From: Chlorokybus atmophyticus
Taxonomy: Eukaryota > Plantae > Mesostigma and Chlorokybus algae
Direction: 5' to 3'
Assembly (NCBI GenBank): GCA_009103225.1
Contig: RHPI01002368.1
Coordinates: forward strand, 401,397 to 465,396
DNA length: 64,000 nucleotides
Below the pieces are notes generated by a model. The model ran no database searches and was not told where the DNA came from. It saw only the letters and a program-made list of their open reading frames with translations. Positions 17,261 through 30,200 of this stretch are shown here, piece after piece. Within the stretch, counting starts at the first letter, position 1, and every line of letters starts with the position of its first letter. A program made the translations under genes and the position numbers.

Positions 17261-18315
17261 AGTGACAGAGTTGCTGTCTTCTGGCCTGGCGTGCAGCGGC
17301 CTGGCCTGGCGCCCCGCCGCCTGGCCTGGTGCGGCCTGGCCTGGCCTGGCCTGGCTTAACTACCACGTGACAGAAACCTTCCGTTACAAGGGAGAAGCAA
17401 TGTCAGTTTGTTAGTTGCTTTAGTGAGCTTCCGTGCTTATTTCTTGGTGTCGCCGCATACTGAGTGTGACTGTACTCAACATGCGGTAGCCCTCATCTTT
17501 GCCCCTTATCTTGCCACGTCAGGCGCAGCAGTCAAAGCGGCGGTCAATAGCCGGTCAGTTTTACAGTCAGGGTCAGCGGCACATTGCGGAATCTAAGCGG
17601 GTTTACCAGCTAAAATTACGGTTAACAGACAGACAAATAGAAACTGACCGTGGTTTACTGTGCCACACCAACGCGGTTGACAACCAGGGTCAGGGTCTAT
17701 AAGTTTTTCTGACTTTAGGCTGCTGACAGTTACGATAATTCAGAGACGTCAAGGGTCCTCAAAAGCAAATTCTGAGGGTGCTGCTTGAATTCACCAATCC
17801 TGCAATCAATCCTTCGTAGTTACCTGGTTATACCCGTAAGATCCAAAGGCTGTAGCGCAACTAGCAAAACGGTTACACGGATCCGTAAAACTGTTTTGAG
17901 ATCGTCGGGCTGACAGGCCAGGCCAGGCCAAGGCAGGCTAGGCCATACCAGGCCACGCCAGACCAGGCCGAGGAGTTTGAGCGCAGCCTGCTTGGGCGTG
18001 GAGTAGAGCTGCTGTCAGGCCCAGGCTGGACGGGCGGCGGCAATTGGCTTGCTGAGGCGGCTGGCTGGTGGCAAGGCCAGGCGGAGACGGTGGTTGTGGT
18101 GGCGGTGGCACGCTCAGGCAGGTAGAGCGCCTGCTGCCTGGTCTGGTCTTTTGTGTACTTGGCTTGCGCATCCCCTCTATGTTGTAAACACAATTGGCTG
18201 CCTGTTTCCGTGCAGAGTCACTTGCGTGCTCGCTTGCTTTGCCATTGTGTCAGTGCTGGCCTGGCCGGCGTTGTTCTACCATTGCGCCACGCCAGGCCAG
18301 ATCAGGCCTGGCCAA
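17185..18315. promoter_or_regulatory. Divergent promoter/5'UTR region with (CCAGG/CCTGG)n clusters
   Basis: Clusters at ~17185-17225, 17281-17355, 17915-17970 and 18260-18315 between the Tctex-1 and MA3 starts. Confidence 0.55.
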
Positions 18316-19185
18316 GTATGCCAGTAGCAGGCAGCGATTGCTTCAGCTGTGTATGTTTGCCAAGCGACTGAGCTCTGCATGACTGCGCACGGTGCAATGC
18401 ACTTGCGCATGCTTGTCACAATGCAATGCATGCTCCATCCAGATTGCAGTTACTTAAGCTTCACCGTTGCACACCGTGGCGTTACCGTTGAGTTAAGCTA
18501 CAAAGCACAACGTGTTAAACCACAGTGCATTGACAGCTGGTTCAAGCCAATAACTCGAAGCATGTCAGCACGTCATTGTTCGCTGGGGTGCTGCTTCACA
18601 CCGCTTCCAAGCGAGCAAGCATGCAACAATGCGCTTGCTTGCTTGCTTGCCAAGAGTTGCCAAGAGTTCAACTTAGATGGATGTTGAACCCAACCGCAGC
18701 AGCAAGCAACCTTGCATGCAGCGCTTGCTTGGTTGCTTGATTACTTGGTGGCTCATCATGCGCTTATGAGTTCAACTCGTCAGCACCTGAACTCACTCGC
18801 ATGTCAGCTCACATTACCCTGAAAGTCGCGGCACACCTAGGAACTGGCCAGTCAATGTAGCATTGCTGCTTGGTTGGTCGCTTGACTGCTACTTGCTGGC
18901 GTGATTGCATGATCGCTAACTTGATCGCTCAACGGCTGGGCTGCAGTGCTTGATGGCATGCTTGATGGCTCCGTTGCTTGGCTGCACTGCATTCTTGGCT
19001 TTTTGCTTGCTTAACTTTCTGCTTGCTTGGCTGCTCGCTTGCTTCACTGTTTCGCTGCTGCATTGCTTGCTTGGTGGCTTGCTTGCTTGCTTACTGAAGT
19101 CAAGTGGTGCAAGTCAGTGTGCTAAGCTGTTCTTCATGTTTGCTCGCAGCTTGAGGCGCTCGGGGACACAGTGTAGAACACGGCA

Positions 19186-22100
19186 ATGCCTGAAGTCAAG
19201 TCGGTGCTTACCAACCCCGAATATGGCAAAGGTGTGCACACAGAGCTTGACATAATGTCACATCATTATTATGCAGTGTACGATCAGAGTTCCATCAAGA
19301 TCTCATCTGTGATTGCATTGTGCGATGCAACGCAGCGATGGAGCTGCCCGCGCACCACAAAGGCTACAACGACAAGAAGTCTATGACTGGGAAGAACTTG
19401 CGGCCGAAGAAAGGTACCGCATGGGCAGTCCTATGCTGGTTGATTTGTCATAATGCAGTACTTAGTGTTGCGGCTGTAATTGTGAAGATGGCAATGGTGG
19501 AAAGGGCACTTGGGGCAACATACTAGACACATTTGGGGAGGCCTGGTCCGACCGCAACGACCCTAATTATGACTCTGACGAGGTGCGTTTCATGGGTTCA
19601 TTGTTCCACTTGCTGCCCCGTTGACTAATCGTGCTAGTAGTCTCTTGAGCGATGCAGATTGTGAATACTTGTTGGTCATAGTTTAGTCATTAACTGATAA
19701 TTTGGCTGATTAAGCCACTCACTGCTTGATTTGTTGATTTGGTCAATAGACTGCAACCTGGTGTTAAACTCATGAGCAGCTGCATTGTAACAACTTCCTA
19801 GCTTGCTTGATCAACAAAAACCAAACAAACAAGTTATACACTGAGCCAACACTCAATGATTGTGCATTGGGTTGGTAACCGAGTTTATGCATAGTTTGTG
19901 ATCCATGGAGAACTCAATTACAACATTGACTTCAAGGTCGCTCTCTTTTTTACTGTTTACTCAGTGAATATTTATGCTAATGACATACTGACTGATGAAG
20001 AATGTTATGCTTGTCAGGAGCCATACCGTTTGGTGGAGGCTCCGGTGGCGGACGGCGCGGTGGTTGCGAATGCAGTGGACCAGTTTAAGGAGCGGGCGAA
20101 GGCCGTCCTGGAGGAGTACTACGCCTCTGAGGACGTTAAGGAGGCCGCGGATGCCGTCAGAGACATGGGGGAGCCGCAATTCCACCACCACTTCGTAAAA
20201 AAGGTGAACTATGTATATTGTTTATCTCCATACGGCTTCTAGTCCTTGTTGCAGCGTAGTGATTCTGTTTCAAGGCTTTCAGCTTTTGCACATGCTTCAG
20301 TCAAGTGTTTGCAATGACGAGCCTTAGTGTTGGTTTTGAAACTCAAAGCGTGAAGTGACAGCTCAAAGCGCATCTGCGTGGCGTGATGGTGTGCTCACAC
20401 TTACTTAGGTCAATCCACTGCAACATTGCATGGTGGCATGATTAGTCTATGTGACAATAAGAACATTCAATTGCCCAAAGTAAGAATATGGGCTTGTATA
20501 AACCTGTCCAAAGAGCACTTATAAGTTGTGGTTCTGGTCTTGGCAAAATTCTTCAGATTGCTATTCCAGCTGTAGAAGTGTTTGACATGCTCTAGCAGCA
20601 AATCTGAGTGGCTGTTCTTCAAACTTGTCCGGCAGCAGTGAGCGGATGGGTAATAGTCAAAGCAACATGTGCATTTGGTCTTGACACCTTGTTCCTATTT
20701 GTTATCACTGCTTCCCAACACTCCATGTGTGTTCCCACAGGCTGTGACCATTGCATTGGACCGCAAAGACAGGGAGAAGGAGTTGGCTTGCACGCTGCTG
20801 TCTGCACTCTACGCCGATGTTATATCACCAGAGCAGGTGAGAAGCACTAACGCTTCAACACTCAAAAGGAGCACTACTGTAGCATCTGTGCGTGCGACCG
20901 TGCGTGCGCTTGTGTAGGCATGTGCATGTGTGCTTACATGTGTGCGTGTGCGTGCGTGTGCCTGCATGCGCGTGTCGGTACGCGTGTGTGCATGTGTGTT
21001 TGGTTGGTTGGTTGGTTGGACTGCCTGTCTGTGTGACTGATGGACTTGTTGTGTCGGTTGCCAACACAGATGGCGCGAGGCTGCACGAACCTCGTGGAGA
21101 GCGTGGAGGACCTGGTGCTGGACATCCCGGATGCGGCGGACCTGCTCTCGCTCTTCCTCGCACGCTCTGTTGTTGACGACATCCTTCCACCGGCTTACCT
21201 CACCAAGCTGGAGACAAAGCTCCCCGAAGACTCTCTCCCTCGACAGGTGAAGCACACTTCACATTTGTCAACACCACGTTGTACGTACCTAGTGTGCTAC
21301 ATGCACCCTTGCGTGGTTATTGCGTGAGAAAGTGCAACCAACGACTACTCAAACACTGCCTTCATATCAGCGTACTGCTAGTACACCGTACACTGTGTCG
21401 CTGTCGTTTAGTCAATGTGGATTGCACCGAGTGGCAATGGATCGTCCGCATGGATAATATGTCATGCTGCTTTCGTGATTGTGATGCTGGTGGTTTGAGA
21501 CATTGAGAACACTGTGTTACTTGTTGTTGCATCAGGTGGTGCATCGCGCTGAAGCGCACGTCAACGCGCGCCACGGCAGTGAGCGTGTGTTGCGCTGCTG
21601 GGGCGGCGGCGGGGTGAGTCTACTTGTTGTTTACCAAACAATGTTGACAGAGTTGTGCCACATTGTCCGGCGGTTAGTGGCATGCATTGTCTTAAGCATG
21701 CATGGCATTGTGTGTGACAGGTGAGCCATGTTGACGACGCCAAGCGCAAGGTAGCCGCTCTACTAGCAGAGTACAAGACGTCTGAAGACACCACTGAAGC
21801 CTGCCGCTGCATACACAACCTGCACGTGCCGTTCTTTCATCATGAGGTATGTTTTCCTCAGCACCTCAGTGGTTGCTAATGCAATAGCAGTATGTTGGCA
21901 CTACTCGCTGGTCTCGTGTCGACTGGTTGTCACTCCTTTGCACAAGCTGCCACAGTTACCTAGTGAACAAGCAGTTGTTTGATTACACTGTCAATGACAC
22001 ACGCGCATGCACACATACTGACGCACATGCATAATCACATAGGCACCGACCAGTGCACATGTGCGTGCACACATACTCTAACCCACTTGCACACACGCAC

Positions 22101-22431
22101 TCACGTACGCGCGCGCACGCACGCACACATATGCAGTGCACAAACTGGCAACCCATGGCCGCAGGTGGTCAAGAAGGCCGTGACCATGGCGATCGAGGAG
22201 CCCCCCGCGGAGCTGGCGATGCTGCGTCTGCTGTCGGAGTGCCGGGACAGCGGCCTGATCAGCTCCTCGCAGGCGCTGAAGGGTCTGCTGCGCGTAAAGG
22301 ACGGCCTCGACGATCTCGCCCTGGACGTCCCCAACGCCAAAGAGCGCTTCGCGTCCATTGTGGAGCACCTCAGCAGCAATGCCTCAGCTGCCACTGATGC
22401 TGCCAACGATGCAGAAGACACCAAGCAGTGA
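19186..22431 (+). CDS. MA3-domain translation regulator (PDCD4/MRF-like) with two MA3 domains
   Basis: RPKK|DGNGGKGTWGNILD..DRNDPNYDSDE|EPY; MA3-1 KAVLEEYYASEDVKEAA..HHHFVKK|AVTIALDR..LVLDIPDAADLLSLFLARSVVDDILPP; MA3-2 AKRKVAALLAEY..VPFFHHE|VVKKAV..LALDVPNAKERF; TGA at 22431. Confidence 0.92.
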
Positions 22432-23959
22432 GATGTGTGTCAGCGTGCATGTGTGTATGCGCACTCAACTCAAGGATGGCGTGTGGGCGGCGGCTGTTGT
22501 GGGACAACTGTCGTGGGAGCAGCAGTTCAACACGCAAGATCCCGTGTATCATCACAAGTTGTGTACAGGTAAAAACACAGTGCTGAAAAGGTGAGTGGTT
22601 TAGGTGATCAGGACGGTGCGCCACTACCATTACCAGTTGATTGAACAGAGTTTGTGCAGCAGTTCCTTCTTTGAAGCAGTTTAGGCCGTGTGTTTTGTTG
22701 CGAGGATGATGCAGGGTGACGCACAATTGTCATGTATGCAGCATACAGCACATCTTTTCAATAGCCTGTGCAGCTTTGCCTGAGGTCTCAGTCAAGGTGT
22801 CTTGCTTCAAGCCATGGTGGGTGCATAGATGTCCCTGCCACGCCTTTCTGTGTTGACCATGCTGCTGTCTCGTCGCTGCCTGTTGTGTTGTACACAGAGT
22901 AGCACACCCCAATTGTACACAATGCGGACTGCATATGCGCATGCATTTCGCACTCATGACATCATGATGTCATAGCATGCATGACACTCACCTCAATCTA
23001 CACAACCACCGGGCTACACCATGCGCTTGCGCGCCTCCTACACTACTACTTACTCTACTTCTACCGCCCCCCTGTTAGTCATGCATGTGTGAGCCGCAAG
23101 CTTCGGTACCTGCGTATGTGGCTTGGTCAGCGGTCTTGTGGCAACATCAGCGACGACACCAACAGGACGAAGACTCCCCTTCTCTCCCTATCCCCTTGCC
23201 CACACCTCGCCGCCTCCTGCACTGTCGGCTGCTTCGCCGCTGCCAATTAGGGTTTGGGTTCTGCGCATTAGCGCGCAGCATCGCATGACGTCGCCAACTC
23301 CCTGCGGGCCAAGACGTTGCTGTTGTGTGCGCCCTGCTTGTCACACGGGCAGGTGGAACTGCTCCCCATGTAATTGTCCTTTGACGTCTTTCACTGTCAT
23401 GCATGACCGTGTGACACCTGCGTGTTGTGCGCATGTGCCTCTGCGTCTGTATGCTGCAAGCGTCTGCACAATTACAATGACGTGCCCTAAACTAACCAAT
23501 ACTATATGATGAGTTTATAGGAGCGCCGCCAAGGTGTATCCAACCTTGGCGGCACTCCTATGATCAAATCATAAAGGAGCGCCGCCCGATGGGCGCTATC
23601 TTGATTGCTGACGGAACGCTAGTTAGTGTCAAAGAGATGCACCACACACATACACACCGATGCGTAAAGAGGTTAAAGGCAAAGCGTATAGGGTAAGATA
23701 ACGCGGCATAGAATGCAAGGAAACACAACGAAATGATATATCGTGTGCTCGTTCAGTAGCTGCAATGGCACCCGCTCTCTCCATGTGTTGTCGGTGACGA
23801 CAATGTCATTGCAGACCGCTACTGTATTCGCTACAATGTCATGCATGGTATTTGACATTATGAGTGCAAGATGCATGCGCATATGCAGTCCGCATTGTGT
23901 GTACAATAGAAATAACTCAAGATGAGTTACCATAAACGAATAGGCATTTAGGTTTCTGC

Positions 23960-24930
23960 GCGTGTTGCGGTGCTTGCATCTATGCAATTCAATTGCTAAT
24001 GTTACAAGCTCATACGCTTATGATCAGCTGAGCATTCAAATTATGTCGAACCCTTGCGTTGATCGAATACCCTACCTTGCTGCAGGATATGATAGCTATC
24101 TTAATTGTGGTACCCGCCACGCTGTCTTAGCACATGCGGAGAATGTACAATGGTTGTCTTTAGCTCATGGCTCATGTGCGAGTACATAGCTATTGGCAAT
24201 GCCAACAACCAATGAACTGCTCACTACTTCTTTTATAGAAAACGTTTGCATGGCTCATGACCCTGTGTTGGGGTTGCCGCATCCACTAATGCCGCGGGAG
24301 CGTTGTGATGATGCTATGCATATGCTCTTGTCTTACGTTGCTGGCTACACGATAAGCAAAGAGCAGTAGGGCTTCTGGCCCGTTTAGCATGGTGAGACAA
24401 CATTGAGCTATTCAAGTGTTACATATGCAAAGCGCACACCTCACACAGTGACATTAAGCATAAGCAAGCATCACCGCATATATCGGCATCACAAGCTAGG
24501 CAACGAGGAATGGGATTAAGACATAGGCAAAGCTAGCTATGTAGTGTGCAAGACCTGGTGGCCACTTCTCCTGACTTTATTAGCAGCTTTTACTGGACAC
24601 CACCGTCAATTCCGCCATCATTATCACCCCTCACGCTGCTGTCCTCAGGCTTCCTGCTGAAGCACCGCAAGTATGCAAACCCTATTTACTGGTGGTCAGT
24701 TCATCCCGATGACCGTGGAAGTGCACGGCTTCATCGATAAAGCAATTGCCCACCTGCTATAGCAATGCGCAAAGACCTGAACGGCCTTTAAGTTGGGGTT
24801 GAAGTAGCTAGACTCGCAGTGCTTTAATAAGATTTGTGGCCCACCACCGTCTGCAGGTGGCCATCCGGCTACATCGCCTGCAATTCAAGGCCCTATCAAA
24901 GAAGGCCAAGTTGGCAGTTGCTACAATCTC
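23960..24930 (+). mobile_element. Decayed 3' part of an RLE-clade (CRE/NeSL-like) non-LTR retrotransposon
   Basis: With stops and frameshifts: WLSLAHGSCAST*LLAMP (typical RLxSL..A.AWLxAxP), VLGLPHP..ERC, HGETTLSY..PHTV (degenerate CCHC), DLVATSPDF/LLDTTV, KHRKYAN, QFIPMTVEVHGFIDKA. This is the motif order of a restriction-like endonuclease region (recognised from memory). Confidence 0.6.
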
Positions 24931-25749
24931 CGGACATGATTTGTCTGCTCGTGTGCAACACTCCACATTTTAGACGTGGAGGCAACAAGGTGTAGTGGCA
25001 CATAAGCAGGCTGGTAGGTGTCAAACATTATCCCCCAACTTGTGCTTATAGTTACGAACCTAAACAAATCTGTTAACATTCTGCCATCCAGCCGGCCACT
25101 TGAAACTCAGATTTGAATGCATTAAAGCAGCATTTGAGCAATCCAGTCACTGGTGTGCAGTGTCTTCACGGCGTGCAGTGTCTTCACATACAAGATCGCC
25201 TGCGCACGTGCGTGCTGATGAGAAGCAGTATCACGAGACAAGAGGCGACTGTGCATGCTAGTAGCGCATGGCCTTGTGTGTGTGCGTGCGCATGCGCGCG
25301 CTCACACATGCACACATACCGATGCACGCAATCCCTTGCGCACGCAAACACATGTGTACACAGCCCGAGAGCGTTTGCCTTTGCGCAATGGTCGTAAAGT
25401 AAAGGTGCAAATTGGTGCACTACTACTGTGATGTCATGTATGTCACTTACACGATGCATGCAGCAAGTACCATCGACGTGCTTTTATACACAAACCACAA
25501 TTTAAACCATCAATGGCAGCAACGACATTACATCTACCCATATAACCTACCATGTAACTTCTCATGCTGTTATCACCAGTAAGGCAACTCCTGCCTCCAA
25601 GCTTGTCAACGTTGTTGCGCTGCAGCTTCGGTCAGCAGCGTACCTTGTTAATAATGCCGTCTGTGATGCTGTGTCTTTCACAATGCTAATTGCAAAGTCA
25701 GCAGGGAGCAGCATGCCTCCTAGCCCATTTGCCCAGTGAGACGAGAGGA

Positions 25750-26110
25750 CGCATGATGGACTCGGTGGCCACGTCTAGACTTGGATCATCGTCACAACCG
25801 CCATCACCACCCCTCAGGCATCTGTCCATGTCCGTGCTGCTGAGGATCGAAACGCCGCAAGTATGCTGACCACTTTGCTGCGACCAGTTCATTCCTCTGC
25901 CATTGTAGGTGCATGGTTCCTTTGGCAAGGCATGCACCGACGTGCTGCAGCTGCGGCTAGCTGTGTGCGAGGACGGCCTTGCGATTGAGGCAGCTCGACT
26001 CGCAGAAGTTGTCCAAGTTTGCGGCTCGCTACCGTCAGCACTGCTGCGGCAGGTGGCAGTCCGGCTTCAACATGCACAAGCTCAGGCCTTAAGCTTGTTG
26101 GAAACGGCGC
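25750..26110 (+). mobile_element. Second decayed RLE endonuclease fragment, homologous to 24550-24930
   Basis: DNA similarity to copy 1 (cgcaagtatgc; cagttcat(c/t)cc; gtgca(c/t)gg; gactcgcag; caggtggc..tccggct). Translation MDSVATS..RRKYADH..QFIPLPL*VHGSFGKA..LLRQVAVRLQHAQAQAL. Confidence 0.55.
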
Positions 26111-27275
26111 GTTGGACAGTTGTCATCGTTATAGGGCGTGCGACATCCGCCAGTGCACCTTGTTGGAGTAGTGGTTGCGCACTAGCAGCTGCTAGCAGTT
26201 GATGATAGTGTATTTGTTGATGTAGTTGTTGACCTACACATGACCTTGTGCTTGACAGCTGTGTTGTGCGTTTTGTGCCCAGACGATTCTGAGTACATAT
26301 CAGTGTGCGCGTGTGTGTGTCAACGTAGCCGTTGTTGTGTTGGTTACGGCGAAACTTTGTGCTTATTTCGTGCAATGTACTTTGTTGGTGTGCGTGCATC
26401 TATGCCAATGCAATATTAAACAGTGTGTTACCACTATCAGACGTTATGCTACCGGCCTTGAAGTTGCCGACAGTCGCTCACTCTCTAGCTGTCCACCCTA
26501 CTCACATAGACAGACACCACCAAAGCAACCGCATGCATATGGCACCACAAACACCATGGTCTGCAAAAACCATGACACAACAAACACAAGCAACAGTGCC
26601 CACCCAACCAGCACAGATGACATACATTGAGCAGCTGCGAGGACCGCATCAGTCGCAGTCACGCATGCACACTGAATGTTGGGCACATGCACAGTTGCTC
26701 TTTTCAGAAACTTTCTAACTGAGGCGCTGCTTGCTCAGGTGAGGAGCTGCTGCTTGCTGCTTCTCTCCTGCCTTGAGCGTGCAGCTGTGGGGCCCAGCGC
26801 ACTGCTATCTTGCTTGTCTGATTCTGGCACTAACTTGTGCCACACCTCCTCCCTAGCCCGTTTGCTTGGTTGCTTATGTGTGTGTTATTGTGTAGCGCTT
26901 GCTGTAGCTGCTAGCTGCTATTGTACTGGCAGTCTTGCCATTGTCATTGCATATGCACACGTGTTTACAAGCGCGCACGCACACAAATACACACGTACAG
27001 CAGGGAAGGTAAGGCTGCATGGGCAAAAAAATCAATCTTCGTTACAAATGTTTTTGGTCCATATGTAATGCTCCGACAGCCAAACCACTTTTGGTTGCTG
27101 ACACTCCTATCACAGTCAGCCACAATCGCATTATATGAATTCCACTCTCGTCGCTTGATCTTCGTGCATCTTATGTTCAAAAACCCAACATGTTGTACAA
27201 CTCAAGCAAATGTATGGAGGTGTCAGTGGAGAAGATTGCATTTGTTCTGTTGAACAAAGGCTCTGTCTTCTCTCA

Positions 27276-30200
27276 TTACAAGTTCTGTAGATACCATGCC
27301 ACAGGGATGGCGCCTTGATCCAGCCCAAGAATCTGCCACAATGTCTGCACAAGCACACAATGGGTTACCTCATGGCAATAACCAATGGCAATGAATCCAA
27401 GGACAGGTGTCGATGACAATGGTTTTGCCCAGATACACACCTGCAACTGCACTTTGCCAATAGAGGTTGTGGGGGCAGCAATGCCGACGGAAGCGAAAGG
27501 CTCTTCAAACTCCTCATCCTGCAAGCAATCTCACAGTAAGCGCATGTAACTCTGCAATACGTCCATGCCTGTGCGTGCGTGCGCCTGAGTGCGTGAGCGT
27601 TCATGTGTATTGCCGTCACCTCTGGGATATGCTCCTCGAACTGGTTGAACACCAGCACGCCTTCATCATGCATCTTTCTCAACCTGCAACAACCATGACC
27701 AGATAAATCAGTAAGCAGTCATACAGTACACTAATTGATTTCCATAGAACAACTGAATGAAGTAACTGTGCAGATAAGAGCAGCATCTATGGGATAAAAG
27801 CAATCACTGACCATCCACTTTCAAAAGTTGACTGACCAAATAAATTACTCACCTTGCCACGCTTGCAGGGCTGCCATGCTGCAGGGCCTCCCGCTGGGTT
27901 GATGCGTACAGCATGGCGCCCACGAGGTGCGTGCGCGGCTCGGGAGTGGGCTTAATCACCGGACGCATGTCGAGCGCGATCATGAATGCTGCCTTGAGGA
28001 TGTCGACGGACCACACGCGCTGGATCCAGTCCCTGTTGACAGGATATCAATGTTGAGACGGATGTATACACGGACAGGGATGTAGTAGTAGAGTAGATGT
28101 GGACATGCACACTTACAAACATATACACAGAGACGCCCGCACATGCACATGCACATGCACATACACGCACACGCACACGCGCAGAGCACATATGCACACA
28201 CGTGCACGCGCGTGTGCATTCACATGCACACAGATGCGTGCGAACAACAGCTGACCTGATATAGAATCCGCCCATGCGAGCGTTGATCTCGAGTAGTTTG
28301 GGTCCAAAAGCCGTGAGCTTGAACTCAACATTGAACACGCCATTCTTTAGGCCGATGCCTGTGCAGCATTGCAGCGCCGCAGCCACCAACGCACCCTGCA
28401 AAGAGCGCAACAGTAAGCTTGGATCACAACCGTTTCTTACATCATTAGTTGTGTTGGGTCATTCGGGTAATGGAGCTGTGCATACTTGTTTGTCACGGTG
28501 GAGACGTGAGGGCATCGCGGCAGCAGTCTCGCAGAAAAGAGGCAAGCGGGTGGGACCGTTGTCGGTCACAAACGCCGCAAGTATCTGCACAAAGATCAAA
28601 GTCAGTACATATCACACCTCTCTATACGTCATCCATAGCACTATAGGAGAAATGTACATTTTTAATGTAATTGACTCGTATAGGGAGACACACAAAACTG
28701 CACAAAGAAGCCTAGGTACACATCCATACACAGACAGTCAATCACTTGTCTCCATACCTGACCATCGTAGACGATAATGTCAACGTCGTGTTCAGATCCC
28801 TCGACGTACTCCATGAGTACCAGTGACGATCCAAACCCGAGGCCAATGCCGCCATGGTCCTCCTCGGACGAAAGGTGAGACCTGATCTGCCGGTACTTGG
28901 CCATGCACTCCTCAGAATCCTTCACCAACACCACGCCGGCAGCGGAAGAACCATACTCCAACTTGAGCACCGCCGGCAAACTCAACTGGATACACGAAAC
29001 AACAATGAGACCTTATGAGCAAACATTACATACACCTGTCCTTCCATATATGGTCTTGTCTTTGTCATGCGTGCCAAATACAGATGGGTTGGCTGTATCA
29101 ACTGTGGTGGCCTTCTTGCGACTATGTGCTCTTGTACACACCATGATGCTTATCAATGTGTGCATGCGTGTGTGTATGGGTGCACGCAAGTGTTTACTCG
29201 TACATGCGTGTCACACGGTCACGTGTTACCTCATGGAGAGCGCTGCGGACATCATCTTCAGAGCACAGCCTGAACGACTTTGCTGAAAAGAGTGCCGTGA
29301 TAGGTTTATGCGGCCACGACGTCTTCTGTTTCATCAGCGTATCTTGAGTCCTGAACTTGCTCTTGGCGATGCACGTGGCCCCGTATGGGTTGCCGCGTGT
29401 CTTCAACAACTCTTGCAAGCGTGCTGCGAGGGGTCCACAATCTTCCCAGAAGGTGAGACAACCCTCAGGCTGGATCCCTTGCTGCTTCATGAGCTCGATG
29501 ATCTTCGTGGCGTTGGCCTCGTCACGCGTGTGGTCGTTCATCTCAGGAACGCAGATGAACTTGTGAACCACAACAGCAGCGTAGTGGTTGGGGTCCGCGT
29601 CCACAAGAACCACGCGAAGACCGAACTGATCCCGCGCAGACGTGAACACAAACCTCTTCGAGTATCCGCCGCTGAGAAAGAAAGGTCACAGTCAGTGATG
29701 CCAGTTTGCAGAATCACTACCAGTACCAGTACCCAGTGGCAGAGTTGTTGATCATATTACCAGTTAGCAGCCACAGCAACAGTAAAGCCAAGTGCCAGAA
29801 GCAAGTACAGGGATCACAAGCTGTGAACATTGATGCAATGTCACACGCAATAACAACAACGTGTTGACTTATTACACGCTTTGGAGCGTGCTTACCCGCC
29901 TACGACGAGGACGGTGCGGCCGCGCATAAGATAGTTCTCTCCTCTTGCAATCATTGTTGCAACCCATGGTCGGACCGAGTCACCTGAAGTCTCCGGTAGT
30001 ATAAATTCAAGCGTCTGCGCCTGCAGGGAGCAGTCGTGGTCGTTGACTTCTATCACGGCGGGGATGATGATCTTGTCGTTGGCGGTGAGGATGAAGTCGA
30101 GGCCGATGAGGTCCGTCTGGGCGCCGACGCCACCGCGCTGGGCGTCGTTGAGCTCGTCGCGCTCGTGGTCAAGGAGGGCACGCATCACGCTACCCGCCTC

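Noticed and set aside
25753-26202. Apparent two-exon plus-strand host gene (MMDSVATS..|VHGSFGKA..)
   Set aside because: The 48-nt 'intron' aligns with retroelement coding motifs (RKY..QFIP) in the 24550-24930 copy, so it was reassigned as a TE relic.
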